From positions 42,904,001 through 42,968,000 of the forward strand of contig NC_043008.1 in assembly GCF_006345805.1 (NCBI RefSeq): a stretch of 64,000 nucleotides of DNA. The letters are read 5' to 3'. Under the pieces are notes generated by a model. It was not told where the DNA came from and did no database searches. It was given only the letters and a program-made list of their open reading frames with translations. The DNA is from Octopus sinensis. Its lineage: Eukaryota. Position 1 is the stretch's first letter; each line of letters begins with the position of its first letter. Below, piece after piece: positions 53,446-64,000 of the stretch. The translations under genes were made by a program, and so were the position numbers.

Positions 53446-55640
53446 TAAAAGAATAACTGGAAAGAGCGACGAAAGGGGAGAATAAAGTTGAAAACGTCGA
53501 AGAATTGGGATAAAAAATACGTTAAGGATGGGGGAAGATATTGTGTGGAGAAAATAAGCGAATGATACTCTCTCTTTCTCTTTCTCACTCTCACTCTTTC
53601 TCACGCACAGATGCACACACATCACTACTATTTCACTGTATCGGCCAGAATAGCCAGTGTTGGTATACACCGCTGGTCACAATGCGCTTCCGGTTCTTCC
53701 TATAAATATATATGTATACATGCATACATGCATACATACATGGGTGTGTGTATGTAAACGTGTGTGTGAATAAAAAGATATTTTACAAAATATAAAATTC
53801 TTAAAAGGGGAAAACATACTCTTTAAGCCATTTAAGCCATAAGTTTACTTATCTTTATGGTACTGAAGATAATCATGATAGAAGCGACCGTCATAATGGT
53901 GTTGTGGAGGAGAAAGAAATAAGGATGAGGTGGAAGTAAGAAAAGAAGAGGACAAAAGAATAGAGTCGTAGGATGAGGAAAAGAAGAGGAAGAAAGAAAA
54001 GAAAGAAGAAGAGCAAGGACAAAAGAGACAATGATTTTGATAATCATTCTGGGGTGGTGACCACGATTTTGATAAATTTTAGTGTTTTAGAAACTAAAGC
54101 GATTTATATATTTAACAATTAAGCTGCGTCTCCCCCGTCGTCTCCACACGATTTGTGAGGAATTCTTTATTTGAGAAAACAGAAGAAAAAAGCAAAATGA
54201 AACCAGGAACAATAGTAATTAATTAATTGGTTTCACTTATGGTAATTAATTAATAATCTACTTAAAGAAACAGTCAGTGCTGATGTAGGGGTCTTGCTCT
54301 TCTCGAATAGATTAAAATGGTTTGCTGGGGACAATTCCAGCAGGGGGTGGAGTAGGTTATAAAGGAACAGGCTCAAGCATGGGGTATTGATTAAAGTGTA
54401 TCGTGGTGATGGTGTTGTTGTTGTTGGTGATGATGGTGGTAGTGTTGTTGGTGATGGTGGTGCTGAGGAAGACAGTGGTAAAGGAGGTGGCGATTGGATG
54501 GTGCTGAAGACGGTGGGAGTGGTGGGAGTGTTGATTGTTAAAGTTGATCGGTGGTGGTGGTGGTGGAGTTGATGATGATGGCAAAGACGATGGTGCTGCT
54601 GATGGTGGTTGTGGAGGGGGAGAAGACAAAACGGAAGAAGGAAGAAAGAGGCGAAGTATATAAAGGGAACGATTGGAAAATTTTTGAAATCACTTCAAAC
54701 AGCTGTTTATGTAGGATGGACAAAGAGAGTGTGTGAGAGAGAGAGAGAGAGAGGGGGAAAGAGTGAGTGAAAGTGGCGAGAGAAATAGGGAGAGGGAGAA
54801 AGAGAAGGCATGAAAGAGGGGTGGGTGTATGTATGTATATAAATATATATACATACATACATACATATATATATGTATGTATGTATAAATATATAATATA
54901 TATATATATATATATATGCATATATGTATACGCACATATACGTACATATAAACGTGTATATGTAAATACACACGTATATATATATGTGTCTATAGCTATC
55001 TACTTATATATATATATATATATATATACATATATGATATGTATATAGACGATGTGAAATTAAGTCCTGTGAAGAACAGAAAGGTGTGTGTGTGAGAGAG
55101 AGAGAAGAGTGAGAGGAGGGATAGAGAAAGAAGAGTGTAAGTGTGTGTGTGTGTGTGTGTAGAAGGGAAAACAGAAATATTGGGTTCCTATAGAGAAAGA
55201 AAAACAAAATAAAAAGCCAAAACAACAAAATAAACAATAAAATTAAAAAGAAAGGAAGGAAGGAATGAAGAAAAGAAAGAAGGAAGACACAAAACACAGA
55301 AGAAAGGAAGTAAAGAAAAGTGATGTTAGTCTGTGTGTGTATGTCTGTGTGGTTAATACACACACACAATTTCACGGACACAATCGCGCTCACATACACA
55401 ACCACACGCCCAAACGCCACACACTCACACACACATTAACGCACACAATTATAATTACACACACACACACGCACACACACACTCACACACAAACACACAC
55501 AGACAAGTATATGTAAATGTGGTAAATAATTCTAAACAATAACAAACTCAATATCGAAATGCTAAGTCGAACAACTTCACTGAATTAACCATCGATTTTA
55601 TTACAATTGTTATACCAGCATCTGTGTGTGCTTATGTATG

Positions 55641-55673
<33 letters not shown>

Positions 55674-55681
<8 letters not shown>

Positions 55682-56363
55682 ATATTTCGGAATGGTCATA
55701 TTGCCAGTTTAGCCAATAAAAACACACGCACTATATATTTGGTGTTATTTTGCTTCAGTGATATTTATTTTTTACATTAATCTTAATCTTATTTCGGCCA
55801 AAGTTCTTTCGTCACACTCCTGTGACCGCATCAGTGGTCCTTTGTTTTCTTCTCACTTACTTGTGTCTCTCCTTACTAACCGTCAGCCATTTTGTATTTC
55901 TATTGTATGTCTTCATTTGCGCATGCTTATATCTCTATGTGCGTCTATGTTTATTTAGTGTGTGTGTGGGGGGGATGCCTGTAATATTTGTATCTTCTGG
56001 TTATATACATTCTTGTAATTTGTATTTTGTTTTTGTTGTTGTTGCTTTTGTTCTAATTTTGTTCATGTGCTTACATCCACCCATTATTATCATTACATAT
56101 GCTTGTATGTATGTATAACAACAATATTAGTAATAATAATAATAAATCTAATTGAAAAAAAAAAAATAATATAATAGAAAATAAACCTAGCCTGAATAGA
56201 AAACTAGAATGGAGCAATAGCGCACACCACAACATATGACGATAGTGGATCCTGCAAACATAATAAATACACAGATAATTAAAGAAATAGAAATGAATAA
56301 CTATATATATGTATATGTGTATATATGTGTGTATGTATATGTGTATATGTGTGTGTATATATG

Positions 56364-56396
<33 letters not shown>

Positions 56397-56397
56397 G

Positions 56398-56482
<85 letters not shown>

Positions 56483-56965
56483 TTTCAATTAGATTTATTA
56501 TTATTATTACTAATATTGTTGTTATACATACATACAAGCATATGTAATGATAATAATGGGTGGATGTAAACACATGAACAAAATTAGAACAAAAGCAACA
56601 ACAACAAAAACAAAATACAAATTACAAGAATGTATATAACCAGAAGATACAAATATTACAGGCATCCCCCCACACACACACTAAATAAACATAGACGCAC
56701 ATAGAGATATAAGCATGCGCAAATGAAGACATACAATAGAAATACAAAATGGCTGACGGTTAGTAAGGAGAGACACAAGTAAGTGAGAAGAAAACAAAGG
56801 ACCACTGATGCGGTCACAGGAGTGTGACGAAAGAACTTTGGCCGAAATAAGATTAAGATTAATGTAAAAAATAAATATCACTGAAGCAAAATAACACCAA
56901 ATATATAGTGCGTGTGTTTTTATTGGCTAAACTGGCAATATGACCATTCCGAAATATAACAATAT
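55674..56965. repeat. Inverted duplication with arms of about 490 bp (55674-56166 and about 56474-56965), probable Penelope-like terminal repeat
   Basis: Arms are nearly identical: one substitution and homopolymer differences seen. The same 66-aa pseudo-ORF appears on both strands. Each arm has a degenerate hammerhead-like motif (55796-55840 minus, 56799-56843 plus). Confidence 0.9.
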
Positions 56966-57236
56966 CTGTTTCAACACACGACTTCACATAAAAAATCTTG
57001 CACAACAAATATTTAAACGTATATTATATATATATATATATATACGAACATACACATACATACATGCATATGCATATATAAACACATACATATGTGGTGT
57101 GTATGTGTGTGCAGTGTGTGTATACGTTTATATGAACATACACTTATTAGGCAACGGGCATAAACAGGATACAGCACTGGAGAGACACGTTTTAACAAAT
57201 GCATGAATTTAACGCTTAAGAAAAGAAGTGGAGGAG

Positions 57237-57272
57237 TTCCGACGTTTCAGACGCTAGTCTTTCGTCAGAAAA
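57237..57272 (-). ncRNA. Minimal type I hammerhead ribozyme motif
   Basis: Minus strand UUUU CUGACGA A AGAC-UAGC-GUCU GAA AC GU C GGAA. Canonical core, GUC triplet and ACGU palindrome. Stem I is weak (two G-U pairs). Confidence 0.65.
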
Positions 57273-57679
57273 ATAATAACAGAATAAGAAAAAGGTGATA
57301 GGGAAAATAAAAAGCGTGGGGAAAAGATGGTTGGAAAAATATAAAATTGTTAGGGACCAGGTGCGAATGCGGTTCTGTGAGGGGAAATTAGGAAGGAGGC
57401 AGAAAACCGGATGTTTTGTTGAGTGGGAGGGCGTCGGTGAATTGAGGTGGGTATAGCATGATGTATATATGCGTTAGGTTTCTTGGGTGGCATACTTCAA
57501 TGTATTATATGTATTAATGTATATGTATGCATTTACATATATACGCGGACATGAATGCACACACGTATCTAAATATAAGCGAAACAAAATTGAGCTGAGA
57601 GAAATAACTCAGTGTGGCCAGTGGCATGTGTTTGAAGAACGAAGGTGAATAGATGCAGGCGCGGCTGTGCCGTACGGAA

Positions 57680-57786
57680 TAAGCCCTGCTGTGTGCCACC
57701 TTGAGCAATGTCTTTTCTTATTGCGCCTCGGACTGACCAAAACCTTGTGAGTGGGTTTGTTAGACGGAAACGGAAAGAAGCCCGTC

Positions 57787-57839
<53 letters not shown>

Positions 57840-58035
57840 CATATCTATGAGTGTGTGTGTGCCTTTGTTTCTGTGATGTATCCCTCCCCCCGCTGCTTGA
57901 CAAGCAGTGTTGCTGTCTTTACATCCCTGTAACTTAGCAGTTCTGCAAAAGGGACCCGGCTTGAAAAAATAAGTCATGGGGTCGATTTATTCAACTAAAA
58001 ACTCTTCAAGACCGTGCTCCAGCATGGCTGGAACA
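57680..58035 (+). mobile_element. SINE family B copy
   Basis: tgtgccaccttgagcaa...tagacggaaacggaaagaagcccgtcg(ta)n...cttgacaagc...gctccagcatggc. Confidence 0.8.
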
Positions 58036-59384
58036 AGTTTAAAATAAAAATATAAAAGATATATTGAATAACATACAACGCAATTTCTTGGTCTAATGAA
58101 ATTATTTCTGTTTTTAAAGAAGGTAGACAAATCATTTAGTGGCAATTGGGAGGCGACTCTGAAAGGGCGGTGGAGACGACATAATTGGCAGAGCGTCAAG
58201 TAAAATAGCTTGTGGCAACTGCTTTAATGTTTTTACTTTACAGGGATCAATGAAATCAATGCTCATCACTATAGTGTTCGATATGATTGACTGCCGCGTC
58301 GTAGGTGATGCTCCAGTATGACCACAATCATCACTGAAACAAAGGTAAGTTAGGGAAATCAATTGGCGATTATTTCCCCCTCCTCCTCCTCCTCCTCAAC
58401 CACTCCCCTCTCCCTTTTTCGTCTTCTTCCCCTTCGTCTACTTTCTCTTCCTACTCCACCTTCTCCTTCTTCTTCCCTCCCCTCTTGTCTTTCTCACCTT
58501 CTTCACTAATACCACCACCAATCCCAACACCTTCGTCATCATAACCGAAGAGGCAAGGGTTCGCATATCATATTCTGACTCAGACCATTTAACTATCGAG
58601 AGAGCTCTGAGTGTCTAACGAGTTTCCTTAACTTTCAAACTGGTGTTTGGCCATCATTGTGAATGTTAAGGACACACATTCAGGAGTTGTCACATCCCAG
58701 ATTAACTTATCAAAATTACTTAATTAAGGGATAATCTGACACATTTACTTCCTCAAGTATTCCTTTCAACTATAGGCACAAGGCCTGAACCTTTTGGTGC
58801 AGGGGAATAGTCGAGCGCATCGTAAAGAGCCGAAAGAAATGCCGCTAAGCATTTTGTCCGACATGATGACGGTTCTGTTAGCTCGACGTCTTAATGAGCC
58901 TAAATATTTAGAAAATTAATTATCGTTGTTAATTTATTAACCCTGTTCCTGCTCCCTCGAATGAAATAAAAAATCAAGAGATCAAATACTAAGCAACAAA
59001 AGCGCCCCCATGTGGTCGCTACACCAAGAAGAGATAGCTGTTAAATACCTCACAATTTGACCACGTAGATATAGCTGCTGTGTTTAGAAATAACGATCGT
59101 ATCTTTCCGAATTCACATTTTACGGTCGTAAAATAAATGAAATATAAAAAAATAAAATATGTATTTTCAGAGATAAAACCGGGACGCTTTTGTAAGAGAT
59201 ATGCTCTGTGAGGGATGGCCAGGGGTTAAACTACAACAACAGTAATAATAATAACAACAGCAACAACAAAAGGAGAGAAATGGATCAAACTTTAATAAAT
59301 TTCAGGTGTAAATTAAATTTTTTTTTCAATTAGACTTGAAATGATGACATTGATGTTTATTATATAAAGTGGGGTAGTGGTGTT

Positions 59385-59530
59385 GGTGGTAGTGGTGATG
59401 GTAGTGGTGGTGTTGGTGTTAGTAGTGTTGGTGGTGGTGGTGATGGTAGTGGTGGTGTTGGTGTTAGTAGAGTTGGTGGTGGTGGTGATGGTAGTGGTGG
59501 TGTTGGTGGTGTTGGTTGTAGTGGTGGTGG
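59385..59530. repeat. (GGT)n-type array with a 45-bp higher-order unit (59401-59445, 59446-59490, partial third)
   Basis: Seen directly. The two full units differ at one base. Confidence 0.85.
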
Positions 59531-60759
59531 AGAAAGTGTGAAGCGAGGCAAATATAAATTATAAAACTGTAAAAGCAAACGGGCGAAATAGCGTTTTTAT
59601 TGCTAATGAAAATTAATGAAGTGATCCGTGATATTGTAATTAATTTAAAATTACAACCTTAATGAGGAGTAAAATAGTTTTCGTCGTGATTTGTTGTTGT
59701 CAAGATTAGTAGGGGGTGACCACCTGAGGACATAAAATGAAATGAATTAGAAATAGATTATAATGCAAAGTGAGCCCGTTCTGCGCTATCTCATAAGAGT
59801 AATAACTTTGGACATGTTTCGGTTTTATTACACCGCTTCAAGGAATTATAGTCTAATCGTCACTATCAAATCTTACATGACCAGAGATATTCTTTAGAAT
59901 TTTAGTGAATAAACAGTAGGTTTTTGTTATGACTTAGAAGAGTAATTAGCGGAAAATAGAAAGGGACTAATTAACAAATTAAATAAAACGTCTTGGTTCT
60001 CAATATTATATAGGTTAGTACTTATTTTACTATTTGTTTAAGGAGCAGAAAGGATAGTTGGTCATTTTCCCTAATTTTCTTTTAAATTTTGTTGTACGCT
60101 TTTCTCTGCAGTGATCAGAAACGAAAAAAAATACTCCACATACCTAAACCACTACCAATGGTCTAATAAAGAATAGAAGATAATCTAAATCGTTGTATAA
60201 TCTTTTGAATGTATAACTAAAGGTATTAACGATGTGTAATTGTTAATAGAGCACATTGCTGTCGAATCTACAGTATTTTCCAACTAAGTTTACTTGAAGA
60301 GTTTTTTTATGAAGGAAAAAAATGAGAAGATTTATTTTCCCAGTGCTGTCTCAAGTGACTGCTTTAAATGACATTTCCGATACAAAATGGAGACGGAAAT
60401 TAACTTGGAACTGCTGTCGTCAAATGTAATGTTTCCTAGGCACTAAGTCGGAAAGAACGGATATATATATAGTAACAAGAATATATGTTTAGAATCACAA
60501 ATATTCGTTTCTAATGTCTGAAATCAGCACACACATACACATACATGCATATAAACACATGCATAGATACATATATACACGCAAACACACGTGCATATTC
60601 CTGTAGCATTGGCAAAAAGTCATACATTTTAAAGGAGAGATATACTTGATTGTACAGACTCTAGTATTTATTGGTAACTTGTTTCACCGTAAAAGGATGA
60701 ATGTTGCTTCTCGAGCTCTGCCAAACTCATAAGGACCGGTTTCCCGGTTTCAGTGGCGT

Positions 60760-60948
60760 AGAAATTCTCCACCTGGACGGGATGTCGGTCCGTCGCAGGA
60801 TTACTAATTTTTGCTTGCTGAGTGGACTGGAGCAACGTGAAATGAAGTGTTTTGCTCAAGAACACAACGCATCGTTCGGTCTAGGAATCGAAACCACAAC
60901 CTTACGATCATGAGTTCAACACCCTAACCACTTAGCCACGCGCCTCCA
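60760..60948 (-). mobile_element. tRNA-derived SINE with family D head and a different body
   Basis: Minus strand ggcgcgtggctaagtggttagggtgttgaactcatgatcgtaagg.tgtggtttcgattcc, then ttcttgagcaaaacact..gctccagtccactcagc. Confidence 0.75.
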
Positions 60949-62299
60949 CGTAAAAGGATGAAAGCCAAAGTTAATTTCAGCGTGGTTTGAACTCAGAATG
61001 TAAAGAAACCAACTAACACAACAAAACATTTTCTTCCACAGATTTATATCAAAATTCAAAATCATGTCGAAAAATCCTGCACTGGTCTCATGCATTCTTC
61101 TTTTATCCGAGCACAGTATCAGATTTCCATGCATTTCCCGACCGCGTTACGCAATCGATACAAATGTAACCGGATATTGAAAGCGAATGACGAAACCAAC
61201 TCAGTGAGAGTTCATTGTTGCTGAATAGATGTGAATTGGAAAGTATTATAACACACACCCCTCCCAAACCACCCCTACTTCATTTGTGTCTTTCTCTAAG
61301 AAACGAAGAATGGCTACACAATTACTTCTGAATTCACTGGCATCATTTACTAAGATTTCACGAGCTTCGTTCAAGAGGGTCACTAGGTTATTTCGTAAAT
61401 ATCATAAACTATTCAGACACATTTTATGTTCTAGATAATTCTCAATGATGTTCAGTTAAATTATAATTATTGCTTTATAGAAATCTGTAATGGAATTCCT
61501 GTCATATATTTCAATAAAACGAACACATTATTTCATGACCGGTGATTAGCATAATATATTCATAAACCTTGAACAAGGAAATGTTCAACAAGATACCAGT
61601 TAATCGCTAATTTGTAACCCGGTCATCTAGATTTCATGCAACGGAGAGCGTTTCTTGTGTATCGTTCCTTTCAAGACATCACGTTTAGCTTTGAAAAATT
61701 CAACGAAAAAAAAAAACAAAAAAACAAAAACAAAAACAAAAAAAAAACAAACGTAAATGAAAAAGAAATGGAATCTGTGGAATTGTTATCGATGTTTCAG
61801 AATTTCGTTTGTGTTTCTTAATTAAAGAAAATTTAATTACCCAAGTGAATGTTTGAAGAACTTTGCTTGTTTTGCGTCGAAAATAATTGTCTGGCATTCG
61901 CTACTGTTTCGTCTTTTTATATAATCAAAGTGTGCCTAGAATATTAACGAACACATTATATATATACTTGATTAACCAGCACACTGCCACTTGCTTTGTG
62001 TGTGTGTGTGTGTGTGTGTGTGTACGTGCTCGCGCGTATATATATATATGTATATGTATGTATATATGTATGCATATATATAGTAAGTATATGTATATAT
62101 ACATATATTTACATATGTACACACGAAGACATGTGCGTGCGTGTGGATGTCTGTGTATAATTCCTCTAACAGCGATATATATAATATATATTATATATAT
62201 ATATAGCCGAGCACTTACATTTATATAATGATAATAATAATAATAATAATATAATAATAATAATAATAATATAATAATAATAATAATATAATAATAACA

Positions 62300-62552
62300 A
62301 TAGGTTGATGAAAAAGGTGGTAGTAATACCAATAATTGTCGGAGCCCTGGGAACTGAGCAAAAATCTCGAGAAGTACGCGGAACAAATAGGGGCTGCAAT
62401 AAGGGTGGAGCACTTGCAGAAAACAGCACTGCTTGGAACCGGTCGAATACTCTGGGAGGTGCTCGGAAAATAAGAGGTGTTACCTTAGTTCACTGGTTGT
62501 GAACAGCTGACACCGTAGTACATCTCCAGAGTTAGAAGCTGTGCAAAGGCAA
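62300..62552 (+). mobile_element. R4/Dong-clade 3' end embedded in (AAT)n
   Basis: KKVVVIPIIVGALG and LQKTALLGT, short 3'UTR, (AAT)n on both sides. Confidence 0.8.
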
Positions 62553-62554
62553 TG

Positions 62555-62657
<103 letters not shown>

Positions 62658-63460
62658 TAATAATACTTGTTGTTCTTATCATTATTCTTATCGGTCGTAT
62701 TAGTATTAATATGCTGCATAGAGTTTTAATGGTTGTGTATACTCTTCATCCACTGTGGGGAGACAAACGCGATGTACTTGACGACAATCTTCCTCCCTTT
62801 GCGGCCTCAAACTGCTTTGATGCCGTAAATATATATTGACGTTGGTTTGGCCAACACGATTTTCCCGTTCTTGCACCTTGGTATCATCTGTGTAGTCTCC
62901 ATTCCAAAACAAGAAGCCTTGCCTGTAAAGTGATGTCACGTACTTTTCAAAATTAAAACAGGCTTGTGTTTCATTTCCAGATTATTCCTAAAAACGCATA
63001 TGTTTTGATTTATCAATACCGGACATCGACGACTGAAGTGATATGCAAATGAGCAATGTTACTCATTGGTTTTCAGCCAATGTCGACTACTCGCACTGTC
63101 TGTCGATACGATGAAGTAGACATTTCCGACGAGCTTGTAAAGGCAGGTAAAACTAAAGGAGTTGTTATTCTTATCGTTCGGTAATAAGACAATTCTGTGG
63201 CCGAATCACGGAGTTATTTAACAGAACAGGTATTTAGAAAGATTTGATGTATATTTATTAAACTAGACACGTAAAATTATTTACAGCTTATGAATATAAG
63301 GGGTATGTATGTCCATGTCTCTTTATGCATACGTGCATACACATACACACACTCACGCACAGACACACGTCATTTACGACCGTGAGTGCTTCATATGATT
63401 TGCTAAAATAGCTGTTTCTTTTAAGATTTCATCAGAAAAAGGTAATTAAAGTTCATTAAA

Positions 63461-64000
63461 ATGACAGATCTGTCGGACTTTCAAAAAGGTCAAATTATTG
63501 GTGCTCATATTGCAGGCATTAGCATAACGAAAACAGCCGAAATTTTTGGTGTATCAAGAAGTACTATCTCGAAAGTAATGACAGCCTTTGAGAAAGAGGG
63601 TAGAACCTCCTCGCCGAAACAAAACTCCGGACTCTTTCGCGAATTGTTAGAAAGGATCACAAAAGTACAGCTCCCAAAATTACAGCAGAGCTTAATGACC
63701 ACCTTAAGAACCTAGTTTCCACAAAAACTGTTCGCCGGGAGCTGCACAAAGTCGGATTTCACGGGAGGGCTGCAATCAGAAAACCACTACTTTCAAAAAC
63801 AAATGTTGCAAAGCGTTTAGATTGGAGTAAACACCTACAGAATTTGTCCTTAGAGTAGCGGAAGAATGTTATTTTCTCGGACGAGTCATCTTTTACCTTA
63901 TTTCCGACTACCGGCCGAGTATACGTGTGGAAACATCCAAAAGAAGCATTTGACTCAGACTACCTTCTTCCAACTGTTAAACATGGAAGAGGATCTTTGA
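63461..64000 (+). mobile_element. Tc1-family transposase relic, runs off the window end
   Basis: Paired-like HTH (DLSDFQKGQIIGA...GVSRSTISKV). After a frameshift: GRAAIRKPLL, VIFSDESSF (first catalytic Asp) and PTVKHG. One in-frame stop. Confidence 0.9.

Noticed and set aside
63123-63160. CCGACGA GCTTG-TAAAGG-CAGGT AAAAC hammerhead-like relic
   Set aside because: U4C and G12A substitutions, and no valid stem III or cleavage triplet.

Overview
This is AT-rich eukaryotic DNA dominated by microsatellites, tRNA-derived SINEs and decayed transposons. The repeat landscape suggests a coleoid cephalopod, probably Octopus (inference, no search run). I can support one host gene: an intact 3-exon, minus-strand class A GPCR (CDS join 50927-50874, 50337-50018, 45448-44770; 1053 nt, 350 aa), reconstructed by hand with GT-AG introns and consistent phases. 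It keeps much of the biogenic-amine pocket (W3.28, D3.32, V3.33, S5.42, N6.55) but has changed most activation switches (D2.50Q, Y5.58T, W6.48S, N7.45F, Y7.53W). Around it are at least five 3' fragments of R4/Dong-clade retrotransposons (RLE endonuclease) ending in (AAT)n arrays, a CR1/L2-like LINE tail, two mariner relics and a Tc1 transposase relic. There are several minimal type I hammerhead-ribozyme motifs of the kind carried by Penelope-like elements. Four long inverted repeats are present, including a near-perfect hairpin with 186-bp arms inside the GPCR intron. Almost all entries in the ORF track are microsatellite artefacts. Repeat boundaries are approximate; exon, hairpin and ribozyme coordinates were counted by hand.
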